DNA of 32,000 nt from Balneolaceae bacterium (GTDB taxonomy: Bacteria > Bacteroidota > Rhodothermia > Balneolales > Balneolaceae). The DNA lies in assembly GCA_017640605.1 (NCBI GenBank), contig JAEPQH010000020.1, positions 1 to 32,000 of the forward strand. The letters are read 5' to 3'. Every line of letters starts with the position of its first letter. Position 1 is the first letter of the stretch. The notes beneath the pieces are model-generated. The model searched no databases and was not told the DNA's origin. It worked only from the letters and a program-made list of their open reading frames with translations. This document shows positions 24,366 through 32,000 of the stretch, piece after piece. The translations under genes and the position numbers were made by a program.

Positions 24366-25402
24366 AAGCATCGATCAAAACTTTGGCCGGTAAATTTGAT
24401 GTGCCGCTCAGTATCGAATCCATTACTTCGATTAAAAGCGGGCACATCAATAGTACATATCACTTAAAAAACGCGTTGCCCAACCAACCCGATGTTATTC
24501 TTCAAAAGGTAAATCAACAGGTATTCGAGAATGTGAAGCACCTTATGGAAAATCAGGTGTTGGTAACGGAACATATTCAAAATCAAGAGAAATATCGAAA
24601 TTTAGTAGCGCCGCTAATTCCAACCAAACAAGGCAAATATTGGTTAGAATATGAAGGTGAAGTGTGGAGAATGCACATCTTCATCAAAAATAAAAAGACG
24701 TTCGAAACGCCTAAATCTGCCGAAATATGTAGGAAAGCGGGACAAACCTACGGCACTTTTTTAAAAGCGTTGGCCGAAATACCGGCCGCAAAGATACACA
24801 CGCATATACCCGATTTTCATAACATTCGGTTTCGGCTGAGGCAATTAGATCTAGCGGTTGAAAGGTGTGATGAAACCCGGATTGCTAATGTAGAATCGGT
24901 ATTATCAGAAATCGAAAACTATCGGCAGGAAATGTGCTCGCTTTTTGATACCGCAACTAATGGGGGCTTTCCGATTCGAATTCTTCACAATGATACCAAA
25001 TTAAGTAATGTGCTTATTGGCACAGAAGAACTGGGAACAGTGATTGATATGGATACCATCATGCCCGGTTTTGTGTTTTATGATACCGGCGATGCTCTTC
25101 GATCGATCGCAGTAAATACAAAAGAAGATGACCCGAATCTGGGCGCAATTCGTATGAATCCAGATTACATAAACGCATTTATAGATGGATATGTAGATGG
25201 CACCGAAGGGATTTTAACCGACCTTGAACAGAAAAGCATACCTCATTCCGGAGGGTATATGGCTTATATTATGGCAGTTCGGTTTTTGACCGATTATCTG
25301 AATGGAAATGTCTATTACTCAATTTCTTATCCCGAGCACAATGTAGATAGAGCTAACAATCAGTTGAAAGTATGCAGTTTGTTTTCATCGTTAGATATTT
25401 AG
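24356..25402 (+). CDS. APH/choline-kinase-fold phosphotransferase, N-acetylhexosamine 1-kinase (NahK)-like
   Basis: 348 aa. GTG start overlaps the upstream stop by 10 nt. Catalytic loop 'ILHNDTKLSNVLIG' and metal-binding 'IDMDT'. Confidence 0.7.
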   Translation: MGIEASIKTLAGKFDVPLSIESITSIKSGHINSTYHLKNALPNQPDVILQKVNQQVFENVKHLMENQVLVTEHIQNQEKYRNLVAPLIPTKQGKYWLEYEGEVWRMHIFIKNKKTFETPKSAEICRKAGQTYGTFLKALAEIPAAKIHTHIPDFHNIRFRLRQLDLAVERCDETRIANVESVLSEIENYRQEMCSLFDTATNGGFPIRILHNDTKLSNVLIGTEELGTVIDMDTIMPGFVFYDTGDALRSIAVNTKEDDPNLGAIRMNPDYINAFIDGYVDGTEGILTDLEQKSIPHSGGYMAYIMAVRFLTDYLNGNVYYSISYPEHNVDRANNQLKVCSLFSSLDI

Positions 25403-25448
25403 TACTATCAAAATCCGCAAACAGTAATAGAGGAAACCCAACTGCGTA

Positions 25449-26192
25449 ATGAATTCGTTGTTTAACACTAGCATGCGATTTGAAAGCTATTCTACCGAGC
25501 ATTTTGTAGTGTTAACCGTTTTTCTGGCAACATTTATTCTTTTTTTGAGATGGATGAAACCTCGAACAGAAGAAGCTCAACGCAAAATGCTGTTACTGAT
25601 TTCTATAACATTGGCAAGTATGCAATTGGCTAAAATCCCTCTAAATGTATACACCAATACCTTCGATGTTACCAAAGACATTCCTTTACATATGTGTAAT
25701 TTTTTGCCTTTTGTAATGATTTGGATTTACGCCACTAAAAGTAGGGTGATTTGGGCAACCACTTTTTTTTGGGTGATTTTAGGAGTTTCTCAAGCCAATT
25801 TTACTCCCTCGGTACAATACTCGTTATTTCATTATGATGCCATCCGCTACTGGAGCGTGCATTTGGGATTAGTGGTGTTGGCACTTTATCCTGCCATTGG
25901 TTGGAAATGGACGCTGGAATTTAAAGATGTAGCGCGAACATTGATTGCCATCAATGGAGTTGCGATTGTTATTTATGGGTTTAATCTACTTCTGGGAAGT
26001 AATTACTTATATATAATGGGAAAACCACCTGGAACTACCTTTTTTAGCATCCTACCACCTTGGCCCACCTATATTTTAGTGTTGGAAGGAATCATAGTAG
26101 TGTGGTCGATGCTACTGGTGGTATTATTTAAAGGCTTAAACAGGTGGAATGGCCGCATCAACAGTAAACGCCTAGTTCCATTATCACAATGA
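25449..26192 (+). CDS. Integral membrane protein (YwaF/TIGR02206-like)
   Basis: 247 aa with about 6-7 TM helices. The 'DIPLHMCNF' motif recalls the PLHLC motif of that family. The family assignment is tentative. Confidence 0.6.
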   Translation: MNSLFNTSMRFESYSTEHFVVLTVFLATFILFLRWMKPRTEEAQRKMLLLISITLASMQLAKIPLNVYTNTFDVTKDIPLHMCNFLPFVMIWIYATKSRVIWATTFFWVILGVSQANFTPSVQYSLFHYDAIRYWSVHLGLVVLALYPAIGWKWTLEFKDVARTLIAINGVAIVIYGFNLLLGSNYLYIMGKPPGTTFFSILPPWPTYILVLEGIIVVWSMLLVVLFKGLNRWNGRINSKRLVPLSQ

Positions 26193-26407
26193 TTGAAAAG
26201 AAAAGAGTTCTCTATTTGGCAACCATTACCTGTCCTTTCTGTTCGGCTAAAAGTGAAGAGGAGATGAGGGATAATGCTTGTCAGTTTTTTTGGGAGTGTC
26301 CGGCATGCAAGCGGTTGGTGAAGCCAAAAAAAGGGGATTGTTGTGTTTTTTGTTCGTACTCTGAGACACCGTGTCCACCTATTCAAAAAAACGAATCGTG
26401 TTGTTAA
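26189..26407 (+). CDS. GDCCVxC-domain cysteine-rich small protein
   Basis: 72 aa with 11 Cys: 'CPFC', 'CPAC', 'GDCCVFC' and a terminal 'CC'. The start overlaps the upstream stop (ATGA). Confidence 0.75.
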   Translation: MIEKKRVLYLATITCPFCSAKSEEEMRDNACQFFWECPACKRLVKPKKGDCCVFCSYSETPCPPIQKNESCC

Positions 26408-26502
26408 TGGGAATAGGTATAAAAGCGATTAAATTAATAGAATAAAGTATCCTCATTATTCGTATTTCAAGCCTACGCAATAAGCGGAATTATTCTAAAA
26501 GC

Positions 26503-27417
26503 ATGATAAAGCCACCAATTGAGTCTATGATAAAATCAACTACTGTATTTAGTGCGATAATACTTGTGTTGTTGATAACTATGGCAAGCTGCGATACAGA
26601 ACGCGTAATCAATCCCTTTGAGGAGTCGATTGGCTCTTATTCGGTGTATGGAGCCGTAGAGTTGAATGAAGATAAAAACCTGATTCGGATCAGAGATGTG
26701 AGTATCCCTTTTCTTGCCGATTCCAGTGTTGGCTATAACGATATCGATGTTTCACTAAAAGAAGTTGAAACAGGTAGAAACATTGGCTTACGCGACACAA
26801 CCATCAACTACAACGGTAATTACACATTAAACTTTATCATCCAAGAAGATCTTCAACCACGGGTAGCCTACACCTTTGAAATCAGTTATGAAAACGAAGA
26901 AATCGTGTACTCAACCTTTACAATGCCGGGAGTTGGAACTCTTAGAATTAACCGAGATCCTGTTCAGGATTGTTATCATAAAGTTCGCTTTACTTGGGAT
27001 AATGTGCTTGCGCCCGAATACGTTTTAGCTGAAGCCGGAGTAAATTATAATGGACAAACATTTTGGGGTGAAGTTGAACGAGTTGATGAACCCGATCATG
27101 TGCCCGGCACCAACACCATGGATATGGAACTTACCGTTCGAAATTTATTGGTAGACATCTTTCCCCCACCCATTGGAGGTGAAGGCGCATCGAATACACC
27201 CCCGGAGTTTTGGAAACCCGAAGTGGAATGTCATCAACTAGATAACAATGAAATATATATTCGATATATCCATTTTGGACCGGAATGGGAACAATTTGAA
27301 GAAACGGACTACTACGTTTTTGATATGCTGGATTCGGGACAAATAGAAAATGGGATCGGCTTTTTAGGCGGTATTCGTCGTGGAATACTAACTTTTTCTG
27401 TCGATGATTTGAACTAA
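26503..27417 (+). CDS. Hypothetical lipoprotein
   Basis: 304 aa with a lipobox-like 'LLITMASC'. The true start may be the second Met at 26527. No domain recognised. Confidence 0.6.
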   Translation: MIKPPIESMIKSTTVFSAIILVLLITMASCDTERVINPFEESIGSYSVYGAVELNEDKNLIRIRDVSIPFLADSSVGYNDIDVSLKEVETGRNIGLRDTTINYNGNYTLNFIIQEDLQPRVAYTFEISYENEEIVYSTFTMPGVGTLRINRDPVQDCYHKVRFTWDNVLAPEYVLAEAGVNYNGQTFWGEVERVDEPDHVPGTNTMDMELTVRNLLVDIFPPPIGGEGASNTPPEFWKPEVECHQLDNNEIYIRYIHFGPEWEQFEETDYYVFDMLDSGQIENGIGFLGGIRRGILTFSVDDLN

Positions 27418-27424
27418 CAAAAAA

Positions 27425-27453
27425 CCCCAGTAGGGATCAGCTACTGAGGTTTT
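27425..27453. terminator. Hairpin terminator between convergent genes
   Basis: CCCCAGTAG-GGATCAG-CTACTGAGG (9-bp stem with one mismatch), flanked by AAAA on the 5' side and TTTT on the 3' side. Confidence 0.6.
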
Positions 27454-27491
27454 ACATAAAGGACGCCTATCATTATCAGGCTTGTTTCAGC

Positions 27492-29549
27492 TTATTTTAT
27501 CAGAGCCATTTTCTTGGTGAAATGAACATCACCTGCATCCAATCTATAAAAATAGACTCCGCTTGATAAGTTCTGTGCGTTAAAGTTGATTTGCTTCAAA
27601 CCCGGCGCCAACTGCTCACCATTAACCAGTGTTTCCACCACTTGCCCGAGCAGATTAAAAACCTGAAGAGTTACTGTTTCGGTAGAAGAAAGTTCAAAGA
27701 TAATAGTTGTAGAAGGGTTGAATGGATTCGGATAATTTTGATACAATTGAATCGCAGCCGGTCCCTCAGATTCGGATTCCGTGTTAACTCCAAATTCATC
27801 AACAATTACTGCAACTTCTATGGTGGTGCTTTTTGAATTATTCGTAGCCGTGAGGTCAATGAATTTGTTCTGACCTTCATCTACAACCCAAAGAAGACGA
27901 CGAGTTTCCGGATCAAAAGTAGCGCTCGTCGGCAAGTTCTCAACAGTTAATGTTGGGATTGTCATATCAGGATTATGCGCACTAATGATGATATCCAATG
28001 TGTCACCAATTTCTGCAAATAATGGTCCCGGATTAACAGCAGCGGGCATACTATGTTGTACAATAATGCTCCGGTCGGAAGTATACTCTGTGCTGTAATA
28101 GGCATACTGAGTAATTGGTGAGCCTTCGTCGTGCATCATGAAGCCGGTTTTAACGAAATCATGAATCTCGGGCGACCATTCGAAATTAAGGGAATAGAAC
28201 GATTCTTCATCAAAGTACATCAGCGATTTGTAACCGTTGGTGGTGTCGCCATCCTCCGTAAAGTAAAAGTTCATATCACCTGCTAACTCACCGGATTCAT
28301 CCAATAAGGTATGCCATTCTGATTGCAGAAAAAGACTTCCTAAACTGTAAGAATATTGATAATATCGATTTACGGTTTCAAAGTAGTCGTTATTGATGAG
28401 CGCATACTCAATGGTATTTTTGCTCATTAATGTCATTTCATTGTTAATTCGACTTAAGCTTTGAATCTCGATAAGATTTTCCATTCCATCGTTGATATAG
28501 ATGGTTTTATGAGTGATTTCCCCAACAATCATTGAATCGGCTTGCTGATCGTGAACTACGTCGTAGGTGATTACGGAATCCATAATCATCTGCCCTTCGA
28601 CGAACACAGAAGGATGATCATAAGTACGGGAATAAGTGTCGAGCACCCATTCGCCGTTTTCGTAGTAGTACCCTTTCGCCTCAGCAAAATCGTCGGTTTC
28701 AATAAATGCACTGCTATCGGATGGCACCAAGCCGTCTTTCGTATCATTTAGATAATGAGTTACCGAATAAACCACTTCACCATGCTCATCGAGCTGCTGA
28801 AAATGACGATTCCAATAATGGAGTTGTCCACCTGTATAAGATTTGTATTCATATAAAGTATGATCGTCCATTTCTTCAAAGTAATTCTCATTCGAGATTA
28901 AATAATCCAGTACCGCTTCATCATACCTAAATGTTTTGCTCCAATGTTTACTGTTGTCTTCTGATTCGAAGCTCAAATTGCGCGTATTTTTTTTCCACCC
29001 CGAATCTTGCCGATACACTTCTGTAAATATTTCCTTAGTTGCATCTTCTGATGGCGGGTAGATATAAACATACTTATCTCCATAGGTTGGTGTGCCTTCA
29101 ATATCTAATCGCGTATTTATCGTACTGTCGATGCGCATATCGCGTATCCAATCGATACCGGAAAACACAAACTCCCATCGAGCTGAATCTTTATCCCAAT
29201 TATATGTTTTTATGTTCCGTGTAAAGTCATTGGGAGTTCCGATGTCATAATTCTGGCTGAAACCTAATGGATAATACAGGGTTGAATTATGATCAGCCAT
29301 TTCATCGTACGACCAAGTAGTGTCAGGATCGAAAGAAAAATCGTGGTTAAACAGCTCAGCCGGAGCAAACTTGGCACGCGATCCAGGCAATTCCATTGGT
29401 AAATCACTTCGTAGCTCAAATAATATCTGGTGCGTAGAAGCCGGGTTAATCTCAGAATTGCTTAATGTTTCTTGGGATACTGCAGAGATCTGTGCCAATA
29501 GAATAACGGGGTACAACGACATCCACAGCAGCATTAGTTGCTTCTTCAT
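27492..29549 (-). CDS. Secreted protein of unknown function with a T9SS C-terminal sorting domain
   Basis: 685 aa. Signal 'LMLLWMSLYPVILLAQ'. The C-terminal ~80 aa 'LYQNYPNPFNPSTTIIFEL...LQVFNLLGQVV...SGVYFYRLDAG...TKKMALIK' is a classic type-A Por secretion tail. Confidence 0.85.
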   Translation of the reverse strand: MKKQLMLLWMSLYPVILLAQISAVSQETLSNSEINPASTHQILFELRSDLPMELPGSRAKFAPAELFNHDFSFDPDTTWSYDEMADHNSTLYYPLGFSQNYDIGTPNDFTRNIKTYNWDKDSARWEFVFSGIDWIRDMRIDSTINTRLDIEGTPTYGDKYVYIYPPSEDATKEIFTEVYRQDSGWKKNTRNLSFESEDNSKHWSKTFRYDEAVLDYLISNENYFEEMDDHTLYEYKSYTGGQLHYWNRHFQQLDEHGEVVYSVTHYLNDTKDGLVPSDSSAFIETDDFAEAKGYYYENGEWVLDTYSRTYDHPSVFVEGQMIMDSVITYDVVHDQQADSMIVGEITHKTIYINDGMENLIEIQSLSRINNEMTLMSKNTIEYALINNDYFETVNRYYQYSYSLGSLFLQSEWHTLLDESGELAGDMNFYFTEDGDTTNGYKSLMYFDEESFYSLNFEWSPEIHDFVKTGFMMHDEGSPITQYAYYSTEYTSDRSIIVQHSMPAAVNPGPLFAEIGDTLDIIISAHNPDMTIPTLTVENLPTSATFDPETRRLLWVVDEGQNKFIDLTATNNSKSTTIEVAVIVDEFGVNTESESEGPAAIQLYQNYPNPFNPSTTIIFELSSTETVTLQVFNLLGQVVETLVNGEQLAPGLKQINFNAQNLSSGVYFYRLDAGDVHFTKKMALIK

Positions 29550-29716
29550 GTCTTCTCCTGTATTAGTTCTGTACCATATACAGGCTTACCCTTTATTTAT
29601 GAAGAAAAAATGAAGGGAGAATCGAAATCAAAAAAAAGCCAAAAAATATTTCAATAAGTGGCTAAGCATGTTGCTTTGGGGTATCATCCAATATTGAACA
29701 CAAAACCCTTAGATTT

Positions 29717-31207
29717 ATGAAATTTCGATTTCCCACACCATATACCGTGTTGATGGGAGTAATTGTTTTCGCAGCAATAGCAACATGGATTCTTCCCGCC
29801 GGTAATTACAGTACACTGGAATACAACTCGGTTTCGGATGTCTTTGAAATCAGTTCTCAGAATGGGGTCGAAACCATGCCTGCCACCGAAGTAAACCTCG
29901 AAGAACTGAACATAACCATTGGTTTAGAAACTTTTACCAGTGGCGATATTAGCCGCCCCGTTTCTGTACCGGGAACCTATGAACAAGTGGAGGCTGCTCC
30001 ACAAGGACTTATCGCAATTTTTATGGCGCCCATTAAAGGAATGTATGCCGTAATCGATATTGTGTTGTTGGTGTTAGTGATTGGAGGGTTTATCGGCGTA
30101 TTCAATAATTCCGGCGCTTTGGATAAAGGAATTGCTGCGCTGGCATCAAAACTACAAGGCAGAGAAAGTGTGCTCATCATTCTGGTAACTTCGCTGATTG
30201 CATTAGGCGGAACCACCTTTGGGATGGCCGAAGAAACCCTGGCTTTTTACCCGATTTTAGTTCCGGTTTTTCTTGCCGCCGGATACGATTTACTTGTACC
30301 TGTTTCCGTGATTTATATCGGATCGAGTATTGGAACCATGGCAAGTACCGTAAATCCATTTGCAACCATCATTGCCTCTAATGCCGCCGGAATTAACTGG
30401 ACCATCGGTCTGTCAAGCAGGCTAGCTTTATTAGTGCTTGGCACAATGTTTTGCATCGGTTACATCGTTCGTTATGGCAAAAAAGTAAAAGCAGATCCAA
30501 CGCAGTCACTGCTTCATGGTCTTGACTTGAAAAGCCCGTTTAAACACATTCACCTAAACAAAAATGCCGAACCGCTTGAGCTCAAAACCATCTTATTACT
30601 CCTGTTATTTGGCGGAACGTTTGTGTTGATGATTATCGGAGTTTCGCAATGGCACTGGTGGCTCACCGAAATGACCACTCTCTTCGTAATTGCTTCTATA
30701 TTGATGGGTTTTCTGCAACGTACCGGCGAGCAAGCTTTCATCAAAGAGTTTATCCGAGGCGCCAAAGATTTGCTCGGCGTTTGTTTTATCATTGGGATTG
30801 CCCGTGGCGTTACTATCATAATGAATGATGGCAAAATATCGGATACCATTTTGTATGAATCCGTGCAAATTGTACAGGGCATGTCTGGTTTTGCATTTCT
30901 ACCGGCATTGTTTGTTGTCTTTTTTGTGATGGGATTCTTTATCTCAAGCTCTTCGGGATTGGCCGTAGTTTCCATGCCCATCATGAGTTCGCTCTCTCAA
31001 ATAATCGGCGTTCCAACCGAGGAAATAGTAAATGCCTACCAATTTGGCTTTGGGTTGATGCTTTTTATCACTCCGGCAGGTTTAGTGCTTCCATCGCTTG
31101 CCATGGTGAATGTTAGCTACAATACCTGGCTGAAATTTATCTGGCCATTACTTCTGATGCTGGCAGCTCTCAGTATTCTCATTCTTTGGGCCGGCTTATT
31201 GCTCTAG
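29717..31207 (+). CDS. YfcC-family (DcuC/ArsB-like superfamily) membrane transporter
   Basis: 496 aa. N-terminus 'MKFRFPTPYTVLMGVIVFAAIATWILPAG' is typical of YfcC-family proteins, followed by 10 or more TM helices. Confidence 0.8.
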   Translation: MKFRFPTPYTVLMGVIVFAAIATWILPAGNYSTLEYNSVSDVFEISSQNGVETMPATEVNLEELNITIGLETFTSGDISRPVSVPGTYEQVEAAPQGLIAIFMAPIKGMYAVIDIVLLVLVIGGFIGVFNNSGALDKGIAALASKLQGRESVLIILVTSLIALGGTTFGMAEETLAFYPILVPVFLAAGYDLLVPVSVIYIGSSIGTMASTVNPFATIIASNAAGINWTIGLSSRLALLVLGTMFCIGYIVRYGKKVKADPTQSLLHGLDLKSPFKHIHLNKNAEPLELKTILLLLLFGGTFVLMIIGVSQWHWWLTEMTTLFVIASILMGFLQRTGEQAFIKEFIRGAKDLLGVCFIIGIARGVTIIMNDGKISDTILYESVQIVQGMSGFAFLPALFVVFFVMGFFISSSSGLAVVSMPIMSSLSQIIGVPTEEIVNAYQFGFGLMLFITPAGLVLPSLAMVNVSYNTWLKFIWPLLLMLAALSILILWAGLLL

Positions 31208-31354
31208 CTCTTAGTGAGTTAAGTATCAGGTTCGCCAAATTTAAAACTGCGTAAAAGCCCTCGGAAAAATTGCATCTTTTGCGAAATTACAGGTAGTTCT
31301 GTGAATTAAGAATGAAGGGATCACAACTACTAACTACAATCAAAGGATACAATC

Positions 31355-32000
31355 ATGAAGAAACTCTCTAAGTTCGGGTTGATGATTGTTCTGAGCATTT
31401 TTACCACCATTAGTTTTGCTCAGGATAAATCGATCATCGCTACCACTAATTACGGGGCACTGGAATTACGCAATGTAAGTACCGGCTTCGCATCCGGGCG
31501 TATTGCCGACATCGCCATTCATCCCCACGACGATAACGTTTGGTACGTTGCCGTTGGATCGGGGGGCGTTTGGAAAACTGAAAATGCCGGTGTTACCTGG
31601 AAACCCATTTTTGATGATCAGCCTTCCTATTCAATCGGAAGCGTAACCATCGATCCTTCAAACCCGCACATTATTTGGGTTGGCACCGGTGAAAATGTAG
31701 GCGGCCGACACGTTGGTTTTGGCGATGGAGTGTACAAAAGCGAAGATGGCGGAATGAGTTGGAAAAATATGGGACTCGAAGCCAGCGAGCATATCTCCAA
31801 AGTAGTGGTTCATCCCGAAAACTCTGACGTAGTTTGGGTGGCAGCACAAGGTCCGCTATGGAATAGTGGCGGCGAACGCGGTTTATACAAATCTACCGAT
31901 GGCGGCCAAAGCTGGAATAAAACACTGGGCGATGACGAATGGGTTGGAGTAACCGATCTGGTTCTGGATCCCAGAAATCCGGATGTAATGTATGCAGCTA
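31355..32000 (+). CDS. BNR/Asp-box repeat (sortilin/VPS10-like, GH74-like) secreted protein, 3' end truncated by the window edge
   Basis: Not in the ORF track because it has no stop in the window. ATG at 31355. Signal 'LMIVLSIFTTISFAQ'. Repeated Asp-box motifs 'TENAGVTW', 'SEDGGMSW' and 'STDGGQSW'. Confidence 0.8.
   Translation, partial: MKKLSKFGLMIVLSIFTTISFAQDKSIIATTNYGALELRNVSTGFASGRIADIAIHPHDDNVWYVAVGSGGVWKTENAGVTWKPIFDDQPSYSIGSVTIDPSNPHIIWVGTGENVGGRHVGFGDGVYKSEDGGMSWKNMGLEASEHISKVVVHPENSDVVWVAAQGPLWNSGGERGLYKSTDGGQSWNKTLGDDEWVGVTDLVLDPRNPDVMYAA

Noticed and set aside
1-32000. A search for CRISPR arrays, tRNA/rRNA genes, transposases, integrases, long direct or inverted repeats, or prophage/defence-island signatures.
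   Set aside because: None was seen. The intergenic regions are short (mostly under 170 nt; the longest are 269 and 441 nt) and contain only hairpins or terminators.

Overview
The window is about 42% GC and densely coding. It probably comes from a Bacteroidota/Balneolota-type (FCB group) bacterium: one protein has a T9SS C-terminal sorting domain, there is a SusC-like outer-membrane barrel, and several proteins look like lipoproteins. Gene order from left to right:

- **262-4662:** propionate/branched-chain catabolism (B12-dependent methylmalonyl-CoA mutase, MeaB, acyl-CoA dehydrogenase).
- **4701-9245:** an FGE-like lipoprotein, a stand-alone LOV-like/PAS protein, SufE, a hybrid histidine kinase and a GNAT.
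- **9328-10913:** a DGPF/YciI protein paired with an ECF sigma factor that carries a long C-terminal extension (ECF42-type).
- **11183-19215:** a tightly packed six-gene cluster, described below.
- **20293-25402:** a putative HexNAc scavenging cluster (symporter, GH109-like oxidoreductase, nucleotidyltransferase, anomeric-kinase-like protein).
- **25449-32000:** a membrane protein with a Cys-rich GDCCVxC partner, a lipoprotein, a T9SS cargo protein, a YfcC-type transporter, and a BNR/Asp-box protein truncated by the window end.

The standout is the 11183-19215 cluster. Its first gene encodes one membrane protein that reads as a short FliF-like periplasmic segment, a TM helix and an FliG-like cytoplasmic region (middle and C-terminal domains clear, N-terminal domain weaker). 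It is followed by a probable outer-membrane barrel protein, a TPR lipoprotein, a MotA/MotB-type stator pair and a SusC/TonB-dependent-receptor-like barrel. No flagellar export, rod, hook, FliM/N or chemotaxis genes lie in the window. This looks like a non-flagellar rotor-stator module linked to outer-membrane components, and I do not recognise it as a described system.

No rRNA, tRNA, CRISPR array, transposase or integrase was seen. All homology calls come from reading the supplied translations by eye; no searches were run.
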